NCBI GenBank assembly: GCA_032718475.1
Contig: JAUCBJ010001300.1
Location: 20,926 to 84,925, forward strand
Length of the DNA stretch: 64,000 nucleotides
Direction: 5' to 3'
DNA from: Nemertoderma westbladi
Taxonomy: Eukaryota; Animalia; Xenacoelomorpha
In this document: in pieces, positions 49,885-62,371 of the stretch
How positions within the stretch are numbered: position 1 is the stretch's first letter
Layout: each line of letters begins with the position of its first letter
Program-made: the position numbers and the translations under genes
The notes under the pieces: model-generated
The model's input: only the letters and a program-made list of their open reading frames with translations
Database searches by the model: none
Told to the model about the DNA's origin: nothing

Positions 49885-49962
49885 CTGTTTAGAGTATTTT
49901 TATATTTTAGAAACTGTGATTTTGTATATTTTATAGACTTAAATCCCATTTTCTGGGAGCGG

Positions 49963-51172
49963 TGTAAAAGCTTTTGTGGGATAACTGATACGTTTGCCTT
50001 TGCTGGCCAGTTCCCCCCCGGTCGCTAGAATACTCTAAAAGGGATCTATAGCTAAAATAGTGCAAGCTACCAGCTTATTGGCTGATGTGCTGTACGGAGG
50101 TATCTGGGCTCCGTTTAATCGGCCAACCAGCTTAGGGAGGTTGCCTCAGCCCTGCTGCCCGTATCGGCCAATAGAATTTGAGTGGGCGTTGATTTCGACC
50201 TATCCCAGAGCTACTGAACTGAATTTCCTATCTCTATGCTCATCCTCTGTGTTGGACGGGAGCTTCGGGGAATAAGGGTAGTTGGTATCCTCGTATAGTT
50301 ATCTAGTCATATGATTCTTTATATGATTCTGTTGTTGTGTTCCCATTTTTCGCCATAACACCGGCTTTTGGGAAGAACTCTAGTAAAACTGCTTAAATTA
50401 TCGAAAGTATAACTGTTATCTTATCTGATCTAATTAACTCACTATTAATCATATAATTCTCCCGAACTTTACTTATTAATTATATTGTTTGTACTGTTAT
50501 TTACCGTCAGTTATTAATTGTATCTATTTGTTGAGGAAATATTGCCCTTTGGAGAATACGGATAAATCACCCAAAATTCCCAATTTCTTGATACACTACA
50601 GGTTAGAGAGACAGGCTATACATAACAATTGCGATTTATATCAATGTGGTGTGTATTGAATCTAATGTTATTTAGCAGACCCTACATGAGTCAATTGCTG
50701 CTCTCTTTATGTGTGATCAAATTTACTGACGGTCGGCAGAATAGTGTGCATGATTGTGATTGGTAACAAAGCATTTCCTAAAGAATGCGCCTTATACTTT
50801 AATCATAAGCAGTATCGTTGCGTTTAGTATAAGTCCTAGTTCTGTTTAAATAGATAGAGCGCCACGTCCTAAAGGAACTGTTAATATTTCCCGAAAGCCA
50901 ATAATATCTGTCAGAAATTAATTATTAACGATCAATCGAATAATACAGTAAGTTTACACTGCAACCTTACACTGCAATAATAAAATTTAAGCAGCCGAAT
51001 TCAGCCTCCCGGGTGTAGATCCATCGGGTGAATGATCGCGCATGGGCTGGCTTCGGGTAATGTTTTGTTTATTAGCATAAAATATTGTCGTATGCTAAAG
51101 GTGTTTTAATTAACTAAAAGACATATAAATTTTGGCAGGTTAAACTGCTAAAGGTCTTCAAAAGCGCGAACA
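49963..51172 (+). repeat. 3' LTR
   Basis: Copy of 38776-39986, preceded by a short purine-rich GGGAGCGG (PPT-like). Confidence 0.95.
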
Positions 51173-54100
51173 TGGGCCCATGTGATATTGACATATGTGA
51201 CATATTCTTGCTGGGGGGCATAATCTCCTAGGAGATTTTGCCCGGGGGGGGGGGGCAAATTCTCCTGCTACACCGGGATGTAAAGCAAGGCAGAACCCCT
51301 AGAGTCAATTAACATGCGCCCATCCCCCAGTGATTCAACTAAAGTGCAGCTCCACAAATCTACAAGAGACTTGATAAGTTGACCAATGGTTAATATTGAC
51401 CATTATTAGGGCTAAATACTGTATTTATCCAATTTTGGTACCGTGTTTTTTTATGTTTAGAGTTTAAAAACACATTTCATAAATCAAATTACTCTCACTA
51501 ATTAAAAGCTATGTACACTGGAATGGCGTATGGGGATTCCAGCTGTATAATTTTTAAATACAATTAATTTAATCTTATACTGTAATAGAAAATATTTAAT
51601 TTCCATGAAATGACACGCTAAAAATTCCGCTTTTTACTGCAATTAACATACAGTAATTTACTAATTAACCACACTCATAGAAACGTCCTGAAATTTTGCT
51701 ACACCATTATAAGCGACCAAAACAATGTAGGCCCTACATGAAAAAATTTAGCAAAAAATCTTGGTAGGAAGTTAACGAAACTGAAATTTCTGTATTAACT
51801 TGATAGACTACTGTAGGCCCACATGCTACATGTCTTCCTACTGACAATATTTTTCTGACAGTAACTATCCCTTATTCTCTTCGAGCGGGCTCCTAATGAG
51901 TGTATTTGCGTTTTTTTAGAGTCATAAACAGCGGTCTGACAGTCAAGAAGAAGTTTTTCAAGTCCAAAAAAATACAGAGCAGAAAAATAATTAAAAACAT
52001 ACTGTACGTACAGGGCTCTTTAACTGTAAGCAACAAATGTAGGGCAAACAAAAAACTGCCAATGTGAAATATTTTTTTATCTTGAGCGCAATATAATATT
52101 TAGATTTGATATATTTGTTCTGATGGGGGGATATCTCAAACTGCCTAATGGGGTTACTGTACCACTTAATTAGTTGCATGTTAGAAATCCACCCCACCCC
52201 AAAAAAATCATCCCCCGATCTTGTCGCGTGTTAACTTCGTGTCGCGTTTATTGTTTTGGTACCCTCAACTCTCATCTGTAACCTTTACTAACCTGCGTAC
52301 AGCACGGTACAGTACAAAATACTATTAGTTTTTCTGTGTTTTATAAAAGGGGATGGGGGTGAGGGTTCTACTTACCGAACCAATCAATTCAAAAATATTA
52401 CCTAGAGCTCAAGATAATAATTATCTTCAGCGCTCAAAATAAAAAAAATATATTTCAAAATCTCCCTATATTAATCAATTGCATTCGATGCAGTGGATCA
52501 ATTAATGGCCTACAGTATTTATCCAATTCAAATTAGGGGTGTATTATGTCTCATAAAACTGTAATTAAATAGCAGATGCGTGCCTGCAGTATATTGACTA
52601 TTTCTTTATTAGTACGAAATAGCCACCACAACAAATTCATTATTTTAGTTTTAGTTAACAAACTGGCTCCATTACATTGAAATCACCCAGCTGCAGTTTA
52701 TAATAAATAACCATCCACTGAAGTGTTGGATTTTATAGATTATAATTGATTTTTTAGGATGAAATTCAGCTGTTTCACCTTTGATACAGGGAGTATTCTA
52801 TGTTGAGAACTCAGAAAGGAAGAGCTCAGACTATTATTCCACAATCTTACTTACAGATAAATTGGAACCCATTGTTGTATTAATTCATTATATTCTAGTA
52901 TTTGACTCGCGTTTACTTGACTACTGTATTTGTGTATGGTAGGCATTACATACAGTACAAAGCAATTATTGCAATTCGAAATCGTAAATTAGTATTTTTG
53001 TAAATAAATAATTGGATAGTTATGCCTGTGTTCACCCTTGGGAGTTAGTGTGGCGCTCTCTCTGCCTTCCAGGTAACAGCCAATAACTTTTTTTACCCCA
53101 TATCTGTTATCTCACCACATTCCTGTTATAACACCCCGTTTACACCACTCCTTTCATCTTCCAAACCACCCACTTACTTACCCAATGTGTGTACCGCATT
53201 GACAGGAAATGCAAAGAAACAATAATCTCTAGAAACATTCTATAGGGCCTACTAAAACTTTACAGTATTCTTAATATTCGTTAACTGTAAAAAATATTGT
53301 CTACAGTAAGCACGGTCACGGCCAAACGCGTTCTACAAAAATATTGTAATACAGTAGATACTAAGTCTAATAGTCTGATGGATATACAGTACAAATCAAT
53401 CGCCTTCCTACCATAATCACTCTGACTCCACATACTGTACAGTAAATGATATCAGAAGTCACACATTGGTGTACATAGTGGTTGTATCTCCACATTAGAT
53501 CCATCCACGGGCAGTTCATTTCGGCACGAATGCTTTAAAGGGTCTATATAGCCAGGGCGCATCTCTGGGAGTTTCCTCTGGGGAGTATAGTTCTTGGAGG
53601 ACCGCACTGGAAATTAGATTTTTTGCGTAATCCTTGGCCCTTTGGCCGAAGAAAACTTTACTTTTTTAGGTACGCGAAGCCAGAAGCGACAAACCGGCTC
53701 CATCCATCAATTAAAATTTAAAACATCGTTTATTGGGTTATAAAGCCTGTCTCGATGACATCGTTGAACATCGTTTATTATGGTTATGGTTGTTAGTAAA
53801 GCCCACTCCTGTTCATGCTCTTTTCCATTGAGAACAGCTTAAAGTCGTTTACTCCATAAATCACTCACAGTCTGAATGTAGTTGTAGCATAGTCTGAAAT
53901 GCGAAATAAAAAAGGAGACAAAAAAGAGCAATATAAGGTGATATAAAAGCAACTTTGAAAAAGTGGTATACAGATTGAAGATGGGGACTAAAATGATTTA
54001 AAAAAAGGGCCATAAAAAATAACTGCCATTTAAAGTTTGTTTCCTACTGTAATATTACTAGATTTCTAGATTAAATAATTCTAGATTTCTAAATTACTAG

Positions 54101-54399
54101 ATTTTAGACTAGATTTCGCGCCAAAAATCAAATTGACATTTTGGACACTTACCGCGAAAACCCCCATAACGAAAATTTTATGTAGGTTATATATTTTATT
54201 GTATTCGTCTTTTGCGTAAAAAAATCGAGAATAATTTTTGTTTAGCCTTCTTCTTAGGAAAAAACCGCCATTATTTAAAATGAATATATAATTTTCAAAA
54301 ACAAACAGTTATTATCGTAAAGTACTGTAAGTTGTAAAAGATTATCAATAATTGTAAAACTAAAAAACTGCTCAATTATATTATTGTAAACGCCAACAG

Positions 54400-55230
54400 C
54401 TATCATAAGATACATTTAATTATCGCCAGCTGGTCGCCTCAATGGTTGGATAGCCCACTTTGAAAAGCTCCTAAATAATGACATTATATCGCCGGATATA
54501 CTCTATAGAACAGCGATATGTGGTACTGTAGGCCTAATCAGAATGGGTTCCTAAAGTGTTTGGACCATTGAGTTCATTCTGGCGCTTAGAAGGATAATTG
54601 AAAAGGTATCAAAAAATAGAGACGGATATCTAGCTGTTATCTTCTTCAGGCCTTCGTTTCAGTCTCTCAATCACATTGTATCCCGTTGTATCTTTACCGA
54701 CAATCTTCTAACTATAGTAGGTGTAAATCGCAAGTACCGCCAGATCTCTGTCACGGGTTCCTGCTGCTGTGGGGAAATCCCGATCGAGGGTTTGACTTGG
54801 ATAACTGGAATAGTTCAGGAAATAAATGTTTAAATGGTCTACGCAAGCTTGAGACTTGTACAGAGCCACCTCTACTTCGCAGGACATTACTTTCGCTATG
54901 ATGACCAGCCTCTGCACAATCTTGTTTGTTCTTTGGCAGCCACATGTAGAAAATAAGCATGGTGGCCAGCCCATTACTTTCTTGAGCCATCTCTTTCAGG
55001 ACACTGGCCTTGAAAATGCGATAATTTCGCGAAATTTATGGGGGATAGGTTGTTGTGGCAGCGCATTTTTATCGATAAGCCGGCATGGCTATCTTAATGT
55101 AAGCTACATTGCAGAATGTTACTGTACATTGTGGCTTGCATTGTGACAGCACAAATCTATCGTTAATCCATCATATCAATCTCAATGTGCAACTGTAATG
55201 CGGCAGGTCGATTATAGCAGTAATAGTAGA
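54400..55230 (+). mobile_element. Highly degraded RTE-like LINE fragment, same family as 11030-12736
   Basis: Shares nucleotide blocks (TCGCCTCAATGG, ATCTAGCTGTTATC, TTTCTTGAGC...GACACTGGC) and the AGTAATAGTAG tail. Confidence 0.65.
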
Positions 55231-55919
55231 AATTTAATCGAAATCGTTATTGCGCTTCCTGGGATTGCTTAGCAAGAGCCACGCATCCATCCACAGTCAG
55301 ACAGTCAGCGAGCAATTGTTAGAGTAAGTAAGCTTTCGGTTCTTAACTAGATCAGATACAGAAATTTAACAGAGATTGAGGAGAGAGAGGAAGTACCTCA
55401 CCCTCACGCGATGTGTTAATGACTTTTTTTTTAATCACAATAATTATATATAGGGGCATACTGTAGATGGTATGTATGGTAGTACTACTAAGGTATCCGT
55501 TATAAAGCAATCTATTTTATATATACAAAAATAATTATACTACAGTATAATGGGGTTTGAAGTTCTACAGACAACATCTGCGAAAATCAACGAAGTTAAT
55601 AAATGTTATTAAAAAATTATTTAAAAATACACGCAGTGTAGTACGCCCTACGCCTACACATCATGTATTATTAAATATTTTTACATAATTCTGCACTACT
55701 GTATTTAATGACTCATCAGTGGAAAAAATTACGCAATTCTCGTGTTATTTGGGGACAATTACTTTCGACGCGCTAGAAATATTATTTCTATTATTTCTCT
55801 ATCTATGAGAAATAACTGGCCCACTAAATTTAGGGTTTTACAGCAGCTTGGCGGGTCGTAATCTATAGTAGGTCATATTAATATATTCAATCCGGCCCGA
55901 TATCAAAAAATGATATCCG

Positions 55920-56705
55920 ATGCCCGCCTAACAGCCCTCAGTAATCTGATTCCTCAAAGACATGGGCCTCATACCTGTCGCTCAGCAGTGTGAAGCTGGA
56001 TCTTGGGCTGTTGCAATAGAGAAGAGCGATCATGTCTTGGCAACGTAGATTTCTTAGTTCCGCTAGTTCAAAGACAAAATCACAGAACACTGCGAATTTC
56101 CGGTATACTTCCTTCACAGAGAGAGGCTGTTAAGACACCAGCTGTAGAAACAGCTACTTGAGATCGTTGATCCAGACTTTCGGAAACCAATGGAGCACCT
56201 CCAATGCTACCGTATATAGTTTCTGGTTGGAGATAAGTGCGTTGTACTTGACTCAGTGAACTCAGAGTAGCATTCTTGCGTATGTGCCATCCAGATCTCA
56301 GTAGTTAGAGCCCAGCATGGACTCTCATAAAGGAGTACTGGTTCTACTGCTGTCCTAAATAATCGAACCTTTAAGTTTCCGACGTATTCTATGCGACTTC
56401 CAAATCCTGGACAGCCAATTCAATGCTGCCCATGCCATTCTCTTACGTATTCGATGGGTGTACAGTACATGCTGGGCTCTAACTGTTGAGGAAATCAAAT
56501 CTCTTGAAAGCACATATGTACAAGAACGCTACACGTGTTCAGTGGTCAAGTACAATGAATACATCTCCAACAAGACATTACACAATATTTGAGGTGTCTC
56601 AATTGCTCCCCCAAACATGACACATGAACAGGGTCGCTTCCCCTTTGCATGACATTGCTTTTGCCCACCAACCACAACCAGGAACAGCTTGTGCTTTAGC
56701 GCATG
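55920..56705. mobile_element. Two RTE-like fragments in opposite orientation (minus ~55920-56455, plus ~56468-56705)
   Basis: The minus part matches ~12186-12600 (AATACGTAAG..GGCATGG). The plus part matches ~12308-12530 (CATGCTGGGCTCTAACTG). Confidence 0.65.
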
Positions 56706-56940
56706 ACATTAAATGACATCTACAGTTTAGGCCTATATCAATTATACTGCTTAGAAGTTTTAGTTATGTTGGTTTATATGTTAGTTTAGTTAATTTATAA
56801 TGGACCAAAATTTGCAAACAAGCGAAACAACGAAATGAGAGAAGGGTTTCCTTTTCAAAGGGTACGCCCGCTAACAGTATAGACCTGAGAACTGTAAACT
56901 GGTCAGCGTCCTTCCCATATATGCAGCCTAGCTAGTTTTT

Positions 56941-58152
56941 GCTATTTTTTTTACTCTCGATATTTTTACTATCGATATTTTTACTCTCGATATTTTTACT
57001 CTCGATATTTTTACTTTCGATATTTTTACTCTCGATATTATTACTCTCGATATTTTTACTCTCGATATTTTTACTCTCGATATTTTTACTCTCGATATTT
57101 TTACTTTCGATATTTTTACTCTCGATATTTTTACTCTCGATATTTTTACTCTCGATATTTTTACTCTCGATATTTTTACTCTCGATAATTTTACTCTCGA
57201 TATTTTTACTTTCGATATTATTACTCTCGTTATTTTTACTCTCGATATTATTACTCTCGATATTTTTACTTTCGATATTTTTACTCTCGATATTTTTACT
57301 CGCGTTATTTTTACTCGCAATATTTTTACTCTCGATATTTTAACTCTCGATATTTTTACTCTCGATATTTTTACTCTCGATATTTTTACTCTCGATATTT
57401 TTACTCTCGATATTTTTACTCTCGATATTTTTACTCTCGATATTTTTACTCTCGATATTTTTACTCTCGATAATTTTACTCTCGTTATTTTTACTCTCGA
57501 TATTATTACTCTCGTTATTTTACTCTCGATATTTTTACTCTCGATATTTTTACTCTCGATATTTTTACTCTCGATATTTTTACTCTCGATATTTTTACTC
57601 TCGATATTTTTACTCTCGATATTATTACTCTCGTTATTTTACTCTCGATATTTTTACTCTCGATATTTTTACTCTCGATATTTTTACTCTCGATATTTTT
57701 ACTCTCGATATTTTTACTCTCGATATTTTTACTCTCGATATTTTTACTCTCGATATTTTTACTCTCGATATTTTTACTCTCGATATTTTTACTCTCGATA
57801 TTTTTACTCTCGATATTTTTACTCTCGATATTTTTACTCTCGATATTTTTACTCTCGATATTTTTACTCTCGATATTTTTACTCTCGATATTTTTACTCT
57901 CGATATTTTTACTCTCGATATTTTTACTCTCGATATTTTTACTCTCGATATTTTTACTCTCGATAATTTTACTCTCGTTATTTTTACTCTCGATATTATT
58001 ACTCTCGTTATTTTACTCTCGATATTTTTACTCTCGATATTTTTACTCTCGATATATTTACTCTCGATATTGTTACTCTCGAGATTTTTACTCGCTATAT
58101 TTTTACTCGCGATATTTTTACTCTCGATATTTGTCATGTCTCGATATTTTTC
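56941..58152. repeat. 15-bp satellite (TTTTTACTCTCGATA)n, ~80 units
   Basis: Direct reading. Confidence 0.95.
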
Positions 58153-58961
58153 AAAATAACCTATACATACACACTATCTTATATAATATATTTGACGTAC
58201 ACCCAGGAATGGACAGGAGTAGCCAGAATGATGGTATGAATGACCTCATTCATTGATTTGAATTAGATTCAAATAGATCAGTGCTACTTTAGCAACTTGC
58301 AGGGGTGGAGTAGTCGTACTTTTGCGCTATTATAGTGGTAGAGATACAATTGCGACGTTTATATCGTCATAGTAGAGTACCGGTACCTTTTACTAATCAT
58401 TTTTTAGTCACATGATATTAGTAGCCTATATTGTTTAAAAAATGCGCTGTGTGGTTGCAACCTTGGAGATTAATAATTTTGGTAAAATCCCCCCACCCCC
58501 GGATACTCCCATGCTGTAAAACATTATTACATTACATTTTCGGACCTCATCTGTACGTAAGCACCATAGAATAATATTGCTAATGATTCCCTATGTAAAA
58601 CCAAGACAATAGATTAGCCGTAACGCGACAATTAGCCGTAACGCGACTTTTAGAGTAGCTGTATCGCGACTTTGAAAGTCGCGTTACGGCTAATCTCCCA
58701 AAAAATTAGCCGTAACGCGACGACACTGGCTGCTTCCACCCCATCTATAGTATGTTGGTCTGTAGACATTCGCAGCACAAAGTCCCACAAGTGACATAAG
58801 GGCACTTACTTATATAGCCTTAATGGCTTGCCGTGTGTAGATGTCTCACCGGATGTTTAATTAAAATATATTCTAGGGATTATTTTAGTAGAAGGTAATT
58901 AAAACTTTACCACACAAAGGAAGTATGCGCGCCTCATATCGGATGCGACGAGTACAGTATT

Positions 58962-59105
58962 AGCCCAACCCTGGCTTTCATCCTTCAGTGGTCGATAAAT
59001 GGGAACCAAAGCAACTTGGGAAACATAGTGGAAGTGGAAGGGTTTACTGTGGAAGATCACCCATGATGATGAATAGGCATTCCTTGGCTTAACGAGCCTA
59101 AAAGA
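58962..59105 (+). mobile_element. SINE fragment with Nin-like central domain
   Basis: GGCTTTCATCCTTCAGTGGTCGATAAATGGGAACC resembles the Nin-domain SINE motif; no tRNA head seen. Confidence 0.4.
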
Positions 59106-59258
59106 TTCTCCTATTCAATGTACAGTATTGCAAAATGTTCGAATGTGTTCTTTTAATTCAGTTCTAAATTCACTTCATGCTTAAGAGACATAAGGGACAA
59201 ATTATAACATACAACATAAATAAATATTGCAAAGTTCTGTCACAAACACAAGTTAGAT

Positions 59259-59900
59259 TTAAAAAGTTATACAACAACGACCCGTATGATCAGGATTGCG
59301 TCGTTTGAAACTAGCAATTACGACTTTCTCGTATACATCAACAACACCTTCACCAGTGAGAGCACTGCATTCCATGTAACTGTCAGCTCCAATCTTCTTC
59401 GCCATTGCTTCGCCATCCTTTGTCAATACCGGGTTTCCATTGGTACGACTCAAATTTCTCAAGATGTCAGCATCTATTCGAAGATCAATCTTAGTACCCA
59501 GTAACACAATCGGAACCCCAGGGCATCGGGTTTTTATCTCAGTAGCCCAGAAATCTTGAACTCTGTAAAAAGAAGCTGGATGAATCACTGAGTAGCAAAT
59601 AATACATACTATCGAAGAGCACTCATCGCCGAACACATTCAGATACATATTCCTATTATATGAGCTGCAGTCGAGAAATCGTAGTAGATAAGGTAAACCG
59701 TCACTTATAGAAGAAAATTCTGTTGTACTCTCCGAACTATAATCTCCTTTGTAAGATGGCATCGATTCTGATGGTTTTGCACTCAGCATAGGGTTTCGTT
59801 TGTTTGGAATCACCCCATACGGACCATTTGTATTATAATTTATGAAAAAAGTCTTCCCAACGTACAGGTCTCCAACTACAATGCATTTAATAATATACAT
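59259..59900 (-). CDS. Divergent Rho/Rac-family small GTPase (213 aa, single exon)
   Basis: IKCIVVGDLYVGKT (G1), ICYSVIHPASF, CPGVPIVLLGTKIDLR (G4), Rho insert, YMECSALTGEGV (G5) and C-terminal CITF CAAX-like motif. Confidence 0.88.
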   Translation of the reverse strand: MYIIKCIVVGDLYVGKTFFINYNTNGPYGVIPNKRNPMLSAKPSESMPSYKGDYSSESTTEFSSISDGLPYLLRFLDCSSYNRNMYLNVFGDECSSIVCIICYSVIHPASFYRVQDFWATEIKTRCPGVPIVLLGTKIDLRIDADILRNLSRTNGNPVLTKDGEAMAKKIGADSYMECSALTGEGVVDVYEKVVIASFKRRNPDHTGRCCITF

Positions 59901-60370
59901 TTCTTTTCCTGACAGTTCTTGTACCTTCTGTTAATTTAGCTTAAAATATAAATATCGCATGACCTAAATTATTGACTTAATTAAGAAAGCATTGTGCTAT
60001 ACCAATGTCCATGAAGAAGGAGAGTATAGTGGAAGTGGGCAGTAGTCCTCACTAATGAAATTATGCAGTATGCTATAATTTTTTATCTACAACTCCACTC
60101 ATATATCACTGAATTCTTAGTAATCGCAGAGGTCACTAAAATCTTCATAATCGCGAATCTTATCAAACTATTTCAAATCAAACTAATTCTCACTAAAAGT
60201 GTCCCAAATACTGTCCGGTTTTGGTTCAGTGCCTTTGAGCCTTGTATTGGGAATAGGGTTGGTGCGCGAAACAATCGAATAAGGGGTAACAAGGTGCTCT
60301 GAATCGAGTGGCGGGGTTTGTTTTTTGTAAATGAGGAAATGGTCGAAATGGCGGGTTTAAGTTAGCCCGG

Positions 60371-62371
60371 GAAGCCAATTTTGAAAATCGGCTGTGATTG
60401 GCTGCTACATATTTGACGTAATTACGCAGTGCTCTGATAATTTTTTATTTTTTTTATTTTTATTTTTTTTATGATAGAGATTTTCGATCGATTCAAATAC
60501 ATATTAAATATCAATCATTTCACACGTGGCTTATATTAATTGAAAGCAGAGAGTCTTGTGCGTCTTTTGGCACTACAATTAATGAAATTCATGGTGATAT
60601 AATGTTGTTTCCACTTTCCTTTCCAGCAGTATTTCCAGCAGCAATACTGCATTCCAAGCTGTTTGAGTATGGTGTGACGGTAAGGCCTATACAGATTATT
60701 AGATTTAAAATAACATTAAATTTTAATACCGGTCAGCCGGTACTATAATACAGTAATTATTGGCAGTAGTAAGGAGCCCCTAAAGGGACATGAGAAAAAA
60801 AAAATATTTTTCGCTAACTCGTGCGAACGACTTAGTATGTCGTGCGAACGACTTAGTATGTCGTGCGAACGACTTAGTATGTCGTGCGAACGACTTAGTA
60901 TGTCGTGCGAACGACTTAGTAAGTCGTGCGAACGACTTAGTAAGTCGTGCGAACGACTTAGTAAGTCGTGCGAACGACTTAACTAACTCGTGCGAACGAC
61001 ATACTAACTCGTGCGAACGACTTACTAAGTCGTGCGAACGACTTACTAAGTCGTGCGAACGACTTACTAAGTCGTGCGAACGACTTAACTAACGCGTGCG
61101 AACGACTTAGTAACTCGTGCGAACGACTTACTAAGTCGTGCGAACGACTTACTAAGTCGTGCGAACGACTTAACTAACGCGTGCGAACGACTTAGTAACT
61201 CGTGCGAACGACTTACTAACTTTACTTTGATTGGCTAAATAATACTGGTAATAAAAGTACAACCTTTTTAGCGGGATTTTCAATTCAATCTACAGCATTT
61301 GTTGATGGCATTATTGGTTGAAAATATTATTATCAATGGCTGAACGCGCTCTGTTAATATCGACGTACTTTAACTTAGGCCGACAATACAACCGACATAT
61401 TGTAGCAAATTATAATATCTTTAACATATTAATTTTACTTTAACTTATTCAGTAAATAGCTGTATTATCTACGGTCAGCGCTGTTAGATAAGCTGATTAT
61501 AGTGTCAGGTGTTGTTGCTGTGTTGCTAAGCAACATTCCCATCTCACTATTGTATCGAACAGCTGTAGTCGAAATCTCAGGTTTTGGGGGGAGGTGAGAT
61601 AGGTCCTACTATTTAGAGTATTGTACAATATTGTGACTCCAGCCGGAATATTCGATTTAAATAAAGTACGTACCCGTATTTCACTTTCAGGCTCTCGTTT
61701 CATATTTCACTCAGTCGCTTACGCTCGTTCTTAATAAAATTAATTCGAATAAGTAATGCGTAACATCCCTAATGAAACCAGTGGGTGCATTAATGGATAT
61801 TTCCGGAAAATGATTTGGTTGAACGTGTATAACGTAATATTAGTATGTCGTTCGCACGACTTAGTTATGTCGTTCGCACGACTTAGTGTGTCGTTCGCAC
61901 GACTTAGTAAGTCGTTCGCACGACATACTAAGTCGTTCGCACGAGTTAGCAAAAAAAAAAAAAATTTCTCATGTCCCCTTAGGGGCTCCGTACAGTAGGC
62001 TACACTTGCATATTCAAAAAATGTCGCCGGTAAACCCAACTTAATAAAGTAAAGCTGCAATACTCAGATACTGCACTAGGCTGATAGGGTTGGCGGTAGG
62101 CAAGGAAATGCTGCCTACCCGTCAGGAAATCTGCTGAGTTTGTAATTGTAACCAGCATTTTATCATCTTCCCTTTTATGAAGTTAATTAATTGTACAGTA
62201 GTGTCAAAAGACGCGCAAGACTCTCCGCTTTCAATTGATATAATCCACGTATGATTTAATGTGTATTTGAAACGATCGAAAATCTCTCTCAAGATAAAAA
62301 AATTATCGGAGCCCTGCGTAATAACGTCAAATATGTAGCTGCAAATCACAGCCGATTTTCAAAATTGGCTT
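60371..62371. mobile_element. Older element bounded by ~200-bp diverged inverted repeats (60371-60590 and ~62183-62371), host of the nested MITE
   Basis: GAAGCCAATTTTGAAAATCGGCTGTGATT...GAGTCTTG(T/C)GCGTCTTTTG is present in both orientations; true termini and TSD not resolved. Confidence 0.6.
60770..61992. mobile_element. Non-autonomous IS3EU-type MITE with 21-bp subterminal tandem repeats
   Basis: Ends TA(A/C)GGAGCCCCTAA(A/G)GGGACATGAG; 6-bp TSD CAGTAG at 60764-69 and 61993-98; (TCGTGCGAACGACTTAGTATG)n arrays at 60819-61218 and inverted at 61848-61948. Confidence 0.85.

Larger units (their letters stand above)
38776..51172 (+). mobile_element. Non-autonomous BEL/Pao LTR retrotransposon, 12.4 kb
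   Basis: Two ~1.21-kb TG...CA LTRs; 5-bp TSD TGGGC at 38771-38775 and 51173-51177; BEL-type Gag-protease ORF. Confidence 0.93.

Noticed and set aside
53460-53892. Exon-like minus-strand segment after an ATTTCAG acceptor
   Set aside because: Contains stops in the frames I read and no recognisable domain.
56928-58137. (SRVKI)n and (LLSIF)n ORFs
   Set aside because: Reading frames of a 15-bp satellite.
60790-62060. (RANDLV)n ORFs
   Set aside because: Translations of the 21-bp MITE repeats.
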